Assembly (NCBI GenBank): GCA_005222965.1
Contig: NJBG01000001.1
Span: 861,533-896,166, forward strand
Reading direction: 5' to 3'
Source of the DNA: Candidatus Woesearchaeota archaeon B3_Woes
Lineage (GTDB): Archaea > Nanobdellota > Nanobdellia > Woesearchaeales > B3-WOES
DNA length: 34,634 nucleotides
The position numbers and the translations under genes are program-made. Below, one piece after another: positions 18,191-27,945 of the stretch. The notes beneath the pieces are model-generated. The model was not told where the DNA came from. It saw only the letters and a program-made list of their open reading frames with translations, and ran no database searches. Numbering within the stretch: position 1 is the stretch's first letter; each line of letters opens with the position of its first letter.

Positions 18191-19280
18191 TTTTTTTAAT
18201 AAATTTACCTGGAATTCCTCCCCAGACTTCATTAGCAGGAATCTCTTTTTGAAGCATTGTATATGGCTCTGTAACTACATTCTCACCTACTAATGTTCCT
18301 GCTGCTAAAAAAGTATCATGTTTTAGATGAGTTCCTTTCTTTACAAGTGTTTTTCCAAATATTGTCTGACTAATAGTATAGCTGTGCCCATCAAAATAGC
18401 AATGATCATCTACTCTTATATTATCCTCTAATGTAACATTGTCTCCATAAAGATGATCAAACACAACACCTTTACCAATTCTGCACTTTTTCCCAATTTT
18501 AACACCAACCATTCTTAATAAAAATGTTTTAAAAAAAGAATGATGCAATCTTCTTGTTATCTCAACCAATATTCCATTATAAAAAATCCTTAAGACATTT
18601 CTTGCCCTCCACCAATCATCTCCAGCATTAAGCCTTTTTCCATTATACTGCATCTTAAAGAACATCTTATCTGGATCTTTAAGAAATTCTTTAACATTTT
18701 TCTTAAAAGCTTTGTAATATTCTTTATAATTTCCATCAGACGGCTTGAAAAACTTATCAATCTCTTCATCTGTTAACTTTTTCAATAGTTTTGCAGGCTT
18801 TCCAACCCACAACTCTCCTTCTGGAATTGTTGTATCAAGAAATGAATTTATACTTAACATAGAATTTCTGCTAACCTTTCCGCCAGGTAATATGGTAGAC
18901 AACCCAGCCATCAATGTTCTTTCTTCTAAAACACACTTTCCTATAATAAGTGTATTCCCTTTTATCTGATGAGATTTAACAGTTGATTCTCCTCCTATCA
19001 AACTACCTTTTTTCAAATAAATCAATTCAGGAAAGTAAGGATCAAAATAAATATCATGAGGAACACAAACATCATGACCAACATTCATTCCAGCAGTCCT
19101 TAAAAAAAAAATCTTTAGATGGCTAGGAACTACCTTTTTCTGAATAGTTAGAATAAATTTGTTATATAACAACCTGCAAAAACATCTTTTATAATCATTT
19201 TTAGATTTTAATGGGACCTCTATTTTGTCCTTATCAGACTTTTGAAGCTCTTTAACAGCATTTTTTACATATTTTTTCAT
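18183..19280 (-). CDS. Tandem double hexapeptide-repeat acyltransferase, YvoF-like
   Basis: Two similar halves: KIFFLRTAGMNVG...FDPYFPELI...ELWVGKPAKLL and KTFLLRMVGVKIG...FDHLYGDNV...EVWGGIPGKFI. Confidence 0.82.
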   Translation of the reverse strand: MKKYVKNAVKELQKSDKDKIEVPLKSKNDYKRCFCRLLYNKFILTIQKKVVPSHLKIFFLRTAGMNVGHDVCVPHDIYFDPYFPELIYLKKGSLIGGESTVKSHQIKGNTLIIGKCVLEERTLMAGLSTILPGGKVSRNSMLSINSFLDTTIPEGELWVGKPAKLLKKLTDEEIDKFFKPSDGNYKEYYKAFKKNVKEFLKDPDKMFFKMQYNGKRLNAGDDWWRARNVLRIFYNGILVEITRRLHHSFFKTFLLRMVGVKIGKKCRIGKGVVFDHLYGDNVTLEDNIRVDDHCYFDGHSYTISQTIFGKTLVKKGTHLKHDTFLAAGTLVGENVVTEPYTMLQKEIPANEVWGGIPGKFIKKND

Positions 19281-19316
19281 TTTTACCCATATATATAAAA
19301 GGATATTATATTTATA

Positions 19317-20759
19317 TTATTTGTTGTTTTTTACCTTCTTAACAAATCCATCATCAGCATTTATCTCAATTAAATCTCCATCTTTTAGAATTTTTGTAGC
19401 ATGATTTGTCCCAACAACACAAGGAATATCTAATTCTCTTGAAATAATAGATGAATGGCTTGTAACACCACCTCTGTCCGTTACAATACCAGAAGCCTTT
19501 TTCATAATGCTAACAAAATCAGGAGTTGTATAAGCAGTCACAAGAATTTCTCCTTTCTGAAATTTTGAAAAATCTTTGTTTTCTACAATAACTCTTACTT
19601 TTGCCTTAACATGTCCAGGATTTCCACAAACACCATCTAATAAATCACCATCATGTTTCTTATCTAACACTTTCCTAACTTCTTTCTCTTCTTTTTTATC
19701 TAAAAACCATACACCAAATCCTTCTGCAAAATAAACAGATTTTTTATATCTGTCATCAAGAATCTTTTTATCAGCTTTATTTTCATTTAAAGCCTTTTCA
19801 ACCTCATTAGGAGTTAAATAATTAGCCTGTGTTAAACTTAAACCAATCCTTTTACCAATCTCCCTAATTAAAAACTGAACATGATAATGTGCTTTTGAAT
19901 AAAACTCTTTTTTCAAATCCATCAAAACCATACACTTTTGCGTTTCTAAACAAAGAGAAAAAGTTTCATCATCAATATTATACTCTTTTTTAGCTTTTAA
20001 TTGATCTTCTTTTAATTTAACACTATTCTCTTCAATTTCCATCAACCTTTTGTTAGGATCAATCCCATACTCCAAGATTACCTTTATTCTTTCTTCAAAA
20101 TCTTCTAAAGTCCACGCATCTCCATTATAATCAACAGGAACCCAATTATATTTTAAAATATGTTTCTTTAATCTACTCTTAGTATCCTTCTTTTCTTTAG
20201 CTAATGCAACAATTTCAAGCAAATCCTTTTCTTCTTTAGTTACAAAAGATTCTTTAGAAGGTATTGTCAATAAACTAAAAATTTTGTTTAACTTTTTCCT
20301 ATCTTTAACTATACTTAATAATATATTATTTAATTCTGGCTCAAGAAATTCTTTAAGTGTTTCTGCAGGACACTCACCATAAATAAAACTACCAACATAC
20401 TTCTGGTTATATTTCTTATATAAATCTAACAAATCCTTGTTAGATAATTTTGAATAATCTCTATCCAAACTTTTTGTGAACTTAAGAAACTCTTTTGAAA
20501 CCTCTCTAAATTTTTTGCTAAACTCATCTATAATCTTTGAATTTTTTTTAAATAATCTAAACATACCCTCTTTGCCTTTGTTCCAATATTTTTCTTCCAC
20601 AAAAGTATCCCAAACACCATCATCAATAAGAACGTAAATTCCTCTTAAATCTGTTTTAAGATATTTCTTATAGAATCTATCATAAGCAGGCAAAACCAAC
20701 AAAACAGGATAAGGACAAATATGCTTTTTGTAAACTCCAACAAAATTTTTCAAATTCAT
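19317..20759 (-). CDS. Phospho-His swivel-domain protein, paralog 6
   Basis: TDRGGVTSHSSIISRELDIPCVVGT. ATGA overlap with the upstream methyltransferase. Confidence 0.9.
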   Translation of the reverse strand: MNLKNFVGVYKKHICPYPVLLVLPAYDRFYKKYLKTDLRGIYVLIDDGVWDTFVEEKYWNKGKEGMFRLFKKNSKIIDEFSKKFREVSKEFLKFTKSLDRDYSKLSNKDLLDLYKKYNQKYVGSFIYGECPAETLKEFLEPELNNILLSIVKDRKKLNKIFSLLTIPSKESFVTKEEKDLLEIVALAKEKKDTKSRLKKHILKYNWVPVDYNGDAWTLEDFEERIKVILEYGIDPNKRLMEIEENSVKLKEDQLKAKKEYNIDDETFSLCLETQKCMVLMDLKKEFYSKAHYHVQFLIREIGKRIGLSLTQANYLTPNEVEKALNENKADKKILDDRYKKSVYFAEGFGVWFLDKKEEKEVRKVLDKKHDGDLLDGVCGNPGHVKAKVRVIVENKDFSKFQKGEILVTAYTTPDFVSIMKKASGIVTDRGGVTSHSSIISRELDIPCVVGTNHATKILKDGDLIEINADDGFVKKVKNNK

Positions 20760-21637
20760 CTTTTCCTCATCAAATAAATCTTAAAACTACTCCCTAACCC
20801 GTGTTTAGGAATTATTTTCTTCTTTATAACAAAATACTTTTTCAACTCTTTTTCAAATAATTTTGGAGGCATTATTGTCCACTCCTTATATACTGAACTA
20901 AAATAGGTTTCTTTACATATATCCATTATTGCTAGAGCAGTTTTACTAACAATGTCTTTTTTATTTTTTCGATTATTATAACCCTTTTGAAATTGTTTGG
21001 TAAAATGTCTTAAAGAAGCAACATAATTATTGTTAAGTGCACTAACTCTTAACATAAAATCTCCAACATAACCACAAGCCTCTATAATAGTCTTTTCTCC
21101 ACTAAGAACTTTCCTAGCCTGTTTTCTAAATTCTTCATCTAAATCAAGTTTTACTGGACATTTTTTTGGAATTGTGTCGTTCCTTGGAATAAATATTGCA
21201 TTATTTTTCATAACTCTCCTTACTTCACTAAAAAATTCATCCCACTTATCTTTAGGAAGATTTGCTATAGAACTATCTCCCATAACAACATCAACAGAAT
21301 TAGAATGAATTGGCATTTTAACCCAATCTGATTTGATAAATTTTTCATTCTTATTTGGAAAAGAAACAAGCTGAGACATTGCTTTGTAAATATAATCACT
21401 CTGATCAACGCAAAATACTTTTGAACCAAACAAGTTAGTACATAAATAACCCAAATCCCTATATTCAGGAGTACATCCTAAAATAACAATTCTTGTTTCT
21501 CCTTTTACTTTAATTAAATGGTCTTTTATATGCTTAAATAATATTAAACATACTTCTCTGTTTGGCCTTCCAGGAGCACCCATCTTTTTCCATGAGTCCA
21601 TAAATTTTTCCCATTGTTTTTTCTGAACACTTGCCAT
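20756..21637 (-). CDS. Class I SAM-dependent methyltransferase-like, paralog A
   Basis: PGRP...VILGCTPEYRD, CVD, SDW, VDVVMGD, EVRRVMKNNAIF. Confidence 0.78.
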   Translation of the reverse strand: MASVQKKQWEKFMDSWKKMGAPGRPNREVCLILFKHIKDHLIKVKGETRIVILGCTPEYRDLGYLCTNLFGSKVFCVDQSDYIYKAMSQLVSFPNKNEKFIKSDWVKMPIHSNSVDVVMGDSSIANLPKDKWDEFFSEVRRVMKNNAIFIPRNDTIPKKCPVKLDLDEEFRKQARKVLSGEKTIIEACGYVGDFMLRVSALNNNYVASLRHFTKQFQKGYNNRKNKKDIVSKTALAIMDICKETYFSSVYKEWTIMPPKLFEKELKKYFVIKKKIIPKHGLGSSFKIYLMRKR

Positions 21638-21660
21638 TATACACTTATCTAATAAGTGAA

Positions 21661-21707
21661 TATATATACTTTTCGGATATTAGTCGGGAAACAAAAAATA
21701 TTTAAAG
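21661..21707. promoter_or_regulatory. Divergent promoters between methyltransferases A and B
   Basis: Minus strand CCGAAAAG-TATATATA (21661-21676) 23 nt before the ATG at 21637. Plus strand TTTAAAG (21701-21707) 22 nt before the ATG at 21730. Confidence 0.6.
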
Positions 21708-21729
21708 TCAACTTAATTAAATTTAGTAA

Positions 21730-22587
21730 ATGAAAGGAAAACTCAAAAAGAATTATACAGATCCATGGAAAGAATATGCAAACAGATATGAAAAATTCTA
21801 TTGGGAACCTGGCAAACCAACAAAACAGGAAAAAAAGATTTTCTATAAATTTATTAAAGAAGCCTTAAAAAAGCGAAAAAAGACAAGAGCATTAATTCTT
21901 GGAGCAACACCATCTATTAGAGATGAATTAGCAAAATTTAATGTGGAAGTTACTCTAATAGACATTAACAAAAATATGATTAATGAAATGTCTAAATTAA
22001 CTACACACAAAAAGAAAGAGATTATTGTTAAAGGAAATTGGATTAATACCAAATTTCCAGACAACCACTTTGATATTGTAATGGGAGATCTAGTTTTAGG
22101 CAACCTTGATGCCAAACATCAACCAAAATTTCTCAAAGAAGTAAAAAGAATACTTAAACAAGAAGGATATTGGATACATAGGATGTTCTTTTTCCCACCT
22201 AATTGGAAGTTTGAATCAACAGAACAAGTTCTAAAGAAATTTTCAAAAATGAAGCACAATTATGATAGGAGCACAGAGCTTTTAGTATATCTTGTCTACA
22301 ATACATACAATAAAAAAACTCATGAAGTATATACAAGAGAAATAAAAAAAACATTAAAGAAATATTGGAAAAAAGACAAGTATATTTATCCAAATGATCC
22401 TAAAGTAGAAGAATTAATGAACGAAATGTATACTATGTACAAACCATTGAAAAAAACATGGTATACTGGAACTAAAAAAGAGGTTTTTTCAAGAATTTCT
22501 AAATTTTTTAAAATTATTAAAGAAGATTTTGCAAAAGATCATTATTTTGGCAGGAGTTTTATTATTATAGTTTGCAAACCAAAATAA
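21730..22587 (+). CDS. Class I SAM-dependent methyltransferase-like, paralog B
   Basis: PGKP...LILGATPSIRD, LID, GNW, FDIVMGD, EVKRILKQEGY. Confidence 0.8.
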   Translation: MKGKLKKNYTDPWKEYANRYEKFYWEPGKPTKQEKKIFYKFIKEALKKRKKTRALILGATPSIRDELAKFNVEVTLIDINKNMINEMSKLTTHKKKEIIVKGNWINTKFPDNHFDIVMGDLVLGNLDAKHQPKFLKEVKRILKQEGYWIHRMFFFPPNWKFESTEQVLKKFSKMKHNYDRSTELLVYLVYNTYNKKTHEVYTREIKKTLKKYWKKDKYIYPNDPKVEELMNEMYTMYKPLKKTWYTGTKKEVFSRISKFFKIIKEDFAKDHYFGRSFIIIVCKPK

Positions 22588-22592
22588 GAAAT

Positions 22593-23390
22593 TTATTTCT
22601 TTATTAAAACATATAAAGGCAATTTATTTTTCAAATGCTTTTCATTGCCATAAAATATTTCTTTTGTCTTAAAGAATTTAAAAAATTTCTTTTCAAGATC
22701 ACTCCTTAAAGGCATAAAAAATAAAAAATCTCTATTAAGAGACAAATTCTCGTAATCTTTTAGTTCTTTGTTACTAATAAGTTTCTTATTATACAAATTC
22801 AAAATCACTTTCCACGCATCTTTCAACATTGTATAATCTTTCCTAAAATCATAAGAAGCTAAAATCAGATTTCTTATAGTTCCACTACAAACACCAGATT
22901 TTGGATATTCTCTCCTATATTCTTTTATTGAATTATCTCCTGTATACTTTTCTCCTTTGTCTCTAAAATAAGTTCTTGTTATAAAATAACCATCATCTTT
23001 CAGCATCTTAGAAACATTTGAAAATAATTTATTGATATCTTTCTTTTTAAACATATTAACAATATTATCTGCTAAAATAATATCGAATTTCTCATCTAAT
23101 ACTGTTTTAAGCCAGTTTCCCTGAACAAATTTCTCTTTAGGCTTATTTTTAACCTCTCTATTTAGATATTGATAGTTTTTTTTGCTAAAATCAATTAAAG
23201 TAACAGACAGCTTGAGCTGTCCACACATATTCCTATACTCTGGTGTAGAACCTAAAATCAGAACTTTAGCATTTTTCCCTTTTGATTTTATATTTTTCTT
23301 AATAAATCTTAGATCAGAAATAGAAGGCCTTGCAGGGCTTTTGTAATACTTCCAGTGATAAACAAATTCATCGCTCCAGTCTTTTTTCAT
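22593..23390 (-). CDS. Class I SAM-dependent methyltransferase-like, paralog C
   Basis: PARPS...LILGSTPEYRN, LID, GNW, FDIILAD, MLKDDGYF. Confidence 0.8.
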   Translation of the reverse strand: MKKDWSDEFVYHWKYYKSPARPSISDLRFIKKNIKSKGKNAKVLILGSTPEYRNMCGQLKLSVTLIDFSKKNYQYLNREVKNKPKEKFVQGNWLKTVLDEKFDIILADNIVNMFKKKDINKLFSNVSKMLKDDGYFITRTYFRDKGEKYTGDNSIKEYRREYPKSGVCSGTIRNLILASYDFRKDYTMLKDAWKVILNLYNKKLISNKELKDYENLSLNRDFLFFMPLRSDLEKKFFKFFKTKEIFYGNEKHLKNKLPLYVLIKK

Positions 23391-24196
23391 TTTTTCATAA
23401 CATAAACAGGCACTTTATTTGTACCAACAGGTTTAGGAGTGATTATTCTAACTAATTTCATATACTTCTTGACTATTTTAGTTAGTTCTTTTTTCATTGG
23501 CAAATACAATACCAATGGTGTTGTTTCATAATCAAGCCCTAAAACAGAACTAAACTCTTTTTTAGTTATCTGACCTTTTTCATAAAGTCTTTTCATACCC
23601 AAATACTGTCCATTTAATGAACCATTCCCTCTATCATAAAAATTAGAAAGAAGATACTGATTCATATAATTTTTAAAACTTTTACCCTTGTATTTTGTTC
23701 TGTATATCCTAATAATCTTATCCATAGGAACAAGACTTTTTGATACTCTTACCCATGTTTTTGCAAGAAACAAACCATCATCTTTGAGTATATTTTTTAC
23801 ATTCCTTAAAATAATAGGTACATCACTTCCTTTAACCATATTTAATGAAGCTTCTGCAAAAACCAAATCAAACTTTTCATTTAATTTAAGTTTTATCCAA
23901 TCCTGAAGAATTAAAACATCTTTGCCTTTAACTTTTTTTAATAGTTTCAATGCCTCATTATTTTTTTTATTATAATCACAAACATAAACTGTTAATTTCT
24001 TTGAATTAACTAAGTCTCTAAACTCTGGTGTAGAACCTAAGATAAGAACCTTAACCTCTTTACCATATTGTTTTATCTTTTTTTCAAGAAATTCATTAAA
24101 AACTCTAAGATCGTCTTTAGAAGGCCTTATAGGTGGTCTGTAATTCTTCCACACTTGGGCCATTGTATTGGTCCATTTCTGTTTTTTTGAAGACAT
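23387..24196 (-). CDS. Class I SAM-dependent methyltransferase-like, paralog D
   Basis: PIRPS...LILGSTPEFRD, VCD, QDW, FDLVFAE, ILKDDGLF. Confidence 0.8.
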   Translation of the reverse strand: MSSKKQKWTNTMAQVWKNYRPPIRPSKDDLRVFNEFLEKKIKQYGKEVKVLILGSTPEFRDLVNSKKLTVYVCDYNKKNNEALKLLKKVKGKDVLILQDWIKLKLNEKFDLVFAEASLNMVKGSDVPIILRNVKNILKDDGLFLAKTWVRVSKSLVPMDKIIRIYRTKYKGKSFKNYMNQYLLSNFYDRGNGSLNGQYLGMKRLYEKGQITKKEFSSVLGLDYETTPLVLYLPMKKELTKIVKKYMKLVRIITPKPVGTNKVPVYVMKK

Positions 24197-24243
24197 CTCT
24201 ATAAGAACATAAAAATAACTATTTAAAATTATCTAAAAAGAAA

Positions 24244-25530
24244 TTATGCACTTTTTTGATAAACATGATCAAGTGCTTTATTCAAATATTTAATAACTTC
24301 ACCCGCTTCAGGTTCTCTACCTACAGCAAACCTAACAAAACCAGAACCCTGGTCTTTTTCTCCTATCAATAGATGTTGTCTTTCACCTAAACTAACCTTA
24401 TTTACTATGGCACCAGGATTATCTTGAATATAATGTTCAAAAGCAGCAACATTTGCTAATCTTTCCTCATCACTATTTCCCTTTAATGTAAAGTTTAGAA
24501 CAGCACCAGGAGCACCGTATCTTGTATTTAGTAATGTATCAGGTGTATAAGTAGCACTCTCAACATTCGGATGTTGACTTAAGAAATCATAAATTATAAT
24601 AGCATTATCAACATGTCTTTTCATGTTGTCTGGTAAACTTGGAATTCTATTATAGAATAATTTTGCAAGTTGTGAATTTGGCAATATATCTCCTTCTATT
24701 TTTTGTGTTAAACTTTTTATGAACTCAGCAGGACCAATAACTGCTCCACCCATTGTATCCCCTTCCCCACTCATATATTTAGTCATACTATGAATTACAA
24801 TATCTGCACCCTCTCTTAAAGGTTGAGATAAGAAAGGTGTTAAAAAAGTATTATCAGTAATAATTGGAACACCATACTCTCTTGCAACTTCATGAATCTT
24901 TCTAGTATCAGTATACTCTAACAAAGGATTAGTAATAGGTTCATAAAAAATTGCAATTATTTTATCTTTGTTATCTTCAAGAGCAGCCCTTACTTCATCA
25001 GGATTTGTAGTATCTATCTCAAGTGCAGGTTCTATTCCCATTTTTTGTGGTATTACTTCTTTAAGTAAAGGACCTGTATGGAAATAAACATCTTTTCCTC
25101 GTAAGAATCTTAACCCTGTCCTTGCTTCTTTTGAATAAGGCATTACTAATGCTTCTGCAACATTAGCTATAGCAGACATACCACAAGGAAAAGTAGTTGC
25201 TCCAACATGTTCTAATGGATTAATATCATATTCTTCAAGATATCCTGCTTCAGCCATAACTAATCTATGAGCCAAAGCGTCTTTTGCAGCACTACCTGCT
25301 CTATCATAATAATAAGGAAATTCTGATGGTTTTGATCCCCTCTCTAACATATCTATTACATCATTTATAGTCTTACCTTGAAGAGGGTAACTTATTCTTG
25401 ATGTATCAAATGTAGTTTGATCCCTAGAAATCCTTTCCTGAAAAACATTTGGATCAAGATCAAAAGACTCAGGCGTAATTAAATGATCTTCTTGAAATTG
25501 TCTCCATGCTTGATTAAACCAATCTACCAT
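24244..25530 (-). CDS. Cys/Met metabolism PLP-dependent enzyme (cystathionine gamma-synthase/methionine gamma-lyase family), divergent
   Basis: FPCGMSAI, FYEPITNP, DNTFLTP, PLP-lysine motif HSMTKYMSG, VSLG, VRFAVG. Confidence 0.88.
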   Translation of the reverse strand: MVDWFNQAWRQFQEDHLITPESFDLDPNVFQERISRDQTTFDTSRISYPLQGKTINDVIDMLERGSKPSEFPYYYDRAGSAAKDALAHRLVMAEAGYLEEYDINPLEHVGATTFPCGMSAIANVAEALVMPYSKEARTGLRFLRGKDVYFHTGPLLKEVIPQKMGIEPALEIDTTNPDEVRAALEDNKDKIIAIFYEPITNPLLEYTDTRKIHEVAREYGVPIITDNTFLTPFLSQPLREGADIVIHSMTKYMSGEGDTMGGAVIGPAEFIKSLTQKIEGDILPNSQLAKLFYNRIPSLPDNMKRHVDNAIIIYDFLSQHPNVESATYTPDTLLNTRYGAPGAVLNFTLKGNSDEERLANVAAFEHYIQDNPGAIVNKVSLGERQHLLIGEKDQGSGFVRFAVGREPEAGEVIKYLNKALDHVYQKSA

Positions 25531-25559
25531 TTTATGTATTATTATATAGAGATTTAGTC

Positions 25560-25575
25560 TTTATAAACCTTTCTA
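25560..25575 (-). promoter_or_regulatory. BRE+TATA promoter of the PLP enzyme gene
   Basis: Minus strand TAGAAAGG-TTTATAAA about 30 nt upstream of the ATG at 25530. Confidence 0.6.
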
Positions 25576-25600
25576 TTTTGTAACCACTCAAGAGTTACGA

Positions 25601-26449
25601 TTATTTCTTAACTTTAAGAAAATAGATAGGGAGAATGTCAGAATGATGAACTTTTTTGATCCTATTTGTATCTTTAATCAGAAAATAATCTTTTATCTTA
25701 CTCTTAAAATGTTTTTCTGATGACATGTAGCTTATCATGCTTTTTGCATGTGTAACTATATTTATGAAATCGGCTTTAGCCTTTCCACTTAACATTTTCC
25801 CAACAGGTTCTTCAACTTCAGCTAAAAAACTCCAATCAAATACTTTTGTTTTTTGATTATATTGTCTTTTTGCAAATTTAGTATACATACCAAACTTAAG
25901 AACCAATCCAAGAATAGTGCATTTTTTCCGCTTAAATTCTTTCACAAATTCTTCACATGATCTAATCTTTTTAAGAGGATAATCATAAATTATATGTCTT
26001 GTTATCAAATATCCATCTTTTTTCAGTAAACGATTAACAATTCTAAAAAGATCTCTCCATTTTTTAACAGGAACATTATTAAATGAAGCATCTCCCATAA
26101 CAACATCAAAGGAATTTAATTCTAGAGATTTATGCATCTCTAACCAATTACCAAGAACAGATACATTCTTCTTACTATCTTTATAATGCATAACATTCGT
26201 TAATAATGAGAGAAGTTTAGGACTACTATCAACACCAATTGTTTCAGAACCATGTTTTATTGCCAAATCTCTTAATTCAGGTGTTGCTCCTAAAACCAAT
26301 GTTCTAGTGTTTTTCTTATTTCCTATAGCAATCTTAAAGAATTTTTCATAAACTTTAATCTCTTCAGGAGATGGAGCAGAGGTTCCTTCCCCTCTTTTAG
26401 CTCTAGTTTTAATTATCTTTATATTTGACCATGTATTTCTAACTTTCAT
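25601..26449 (-). CDS. Class I SAM-dependent methyltransferase-like, paralog E
   Basis: LVLGATPELRD, GVD, GNW, FDVVMGDASF, LLKKDGYL. ATGA-coupled to paralog 7. Confidence 0.8.
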   Translation of the reverse strand: MKVRNTWSNIKIIKTRAKRGEGTSAPSPEEIKVYEKFFKIAIGNKKNTRTLVLGATPELRDLAIKHGSETIGVDSSPKLLSLLTNVMHYKDSKKNVSVLGNWLEMHKSLELNSFDVVMGDASFNNVPVKKWRDLFRIVNRLLKKDGYLITRHIIYDYPLKKIRSCEEFVKEFKRKKCTILGLVLKFGMYTKFAKRQYNQKTKVFDWSFLAEVEEPVGKMLSGKAKADFINIVTHAKSMISYMSSEKHFKSKIKDYFLIKDTNRIKKVHHSDILPIYFLKVKK

Positions 26450-27945
26450 TTTACTATCTTAACCCAACTATGGTTGGCATTAACCTCTACTAAGTCTCCA
26501 TCCTTTAAAACTTTTGTGGCTATCTTAGTACCAATTATGCATGGGATTCCTAATTCCCTTGAAACAATTGCAGCATGGCATGTAACTCCACCTTCATCTG
26601 TAACAATTGCTGATGCTTTTTTCATAGCAGGAATATAATCTGGTCTTGTCATTACAGCCACAATAATATCTCCTTTTTCAACCTTATTTATCTCTGTAGC
26701 ACTCTTCAAAATCTTAACCTTTCCAGTTGCTTTGCCCATTGAAGCTGTTAAGCCTCTAAAATCATCAACATCAGACAAATCAGTACTTCCTAGTATCTCA
26801 TTTTTAACATCATCAGCATCTTTACCATGTAAAGCCTCATGACCCTCTTTATCCCAGTAAAAAACACTATTATTTTTTCTTCCCTTTAATTCTTCTCTTG
26901 TAGGTTTTTTATTAAATATATTACCAACCTCTCTAGGACTCATATACTTAATTTCATCTAAAGGAATATCAACTCTTTTACCTATCTCATCTAATATCAA
27001 ACTAAAATAGTGTGTTGTCCAGAATGTTGCTTTTTTCCTTTCATCCTGCCAGTATGTAAAATCTTCAGAAATTTTTATCAAAACCTTTAGTTCATCACTA
27101 ATATTTAATAAATTCATAAGATCTTCTTTCTTTTTCCTATTTACCTTAGGAGTATCTTTAATTCTTTTTACTTCTTCTTCAATATTAAGATTAAGAGAAA
27201 AGATTTTATCTAATTCTTTTTCAAAGTGTTTAACATCCAAAACATAAGAATCAACGTAATTATTTCTTGTCCAAAAGAAATTCTTTTGATGTTCTTCTAA
27301 AAGTTTTGTTTTATCTCCACCTTTTTTAACATTTAATGCTACTTCTAAAAGCTCAACCTCTGCATCATTAATAAAAGACAGATGAACAGGAGCTGTTAAT
27401 GTTGAAAAAACATCTGTAAATCTTTTTTCATCCTTGATTTTAGAACTTTCATAAACCTCTTTTATTTTATCAGCAATCATTTCATCTGTTCCTAGAGCAA
27501 AACCATCAATAAGAGAGCTTGAACTGTTTCTATTCAAAGTAATTTGTGAAAATTCATTAGATAATTTTATTAATTCTTCATCACTTAACTTAGTTAGATC
27601 TATTTTACTAACTTCAATACACTTTTTATAGAATAAATCATTATCTCTTTCCCATTCTTCAATAAAATATGAACTAATATCCTGAATTTTTTTACTTTCA
27701 TTAATTATAGAAGTATAGACCTTTTCTATATCATCCATACAAATATACCAATCAGCCTTCCCTTCATCATAAAAACAGTAGTGAACACTAAAATCTCCAC
27801 CAAGCTTTCTTTTTTCATGAGTTTCTATTTCAGCTTCAGCAATAAAATGCATAAAACAAGGAGAACCATCAAATCTTTGGTGATACCATTTCTTTCCAAC
27901 CCAATCTTTTACTTTTCCCTTAGCATATCCTTCTATATACTTCAT
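26446..27945 (-). CDS. Phospho-His swivel-domain protein, paralog 7
   Basis: MTRPDY...TDEGGVTCHAAIVSRELGIPCIIGTK. Confidence 0.9.
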   Translation of the reverse strand: MKYIEGYAKGKVKDWVGKKWYHQRFDGSPCFMHFIAEAEIETHEKRKLGGDFSVHYCFYDEGKADWYICMDDIEKVYTSIINESKKIQDISSYFIEEWERDNDLFYKKCIEVSKIDLTKLSDEELIKLSNEFSQITLNRNSSSSLIDGFALGTDEMIADKIKEVYESSKIKDEKRFTDVFSTLTAPVHLSFINDAEVELLEVALNVKKGGDKTKLLEEHQKNFFWTRNNYVDSYVLDVKHFEKELDKIFSLNLNIEEEVKRIKDTPKVNRKKKEDLMNLLNISDELKVLIKISEDFTYWQDERKKATFWTTHYFSLILDEIGKRVDIPLDEIKYMSPREVGNIFNKKPTREELKGRKNNSVFYWDKEGHEALHGKDADDVKNEILGSTDLSDVDDFRGLTASMGKATGKVKILKSATEINKVEKGDIIVAVMTRPDYIPAMKKASAIVTDEGGVTCHAAIVSRELGIPCIIGTKIATKVLKDGDLVEVNANHSWVKIVK

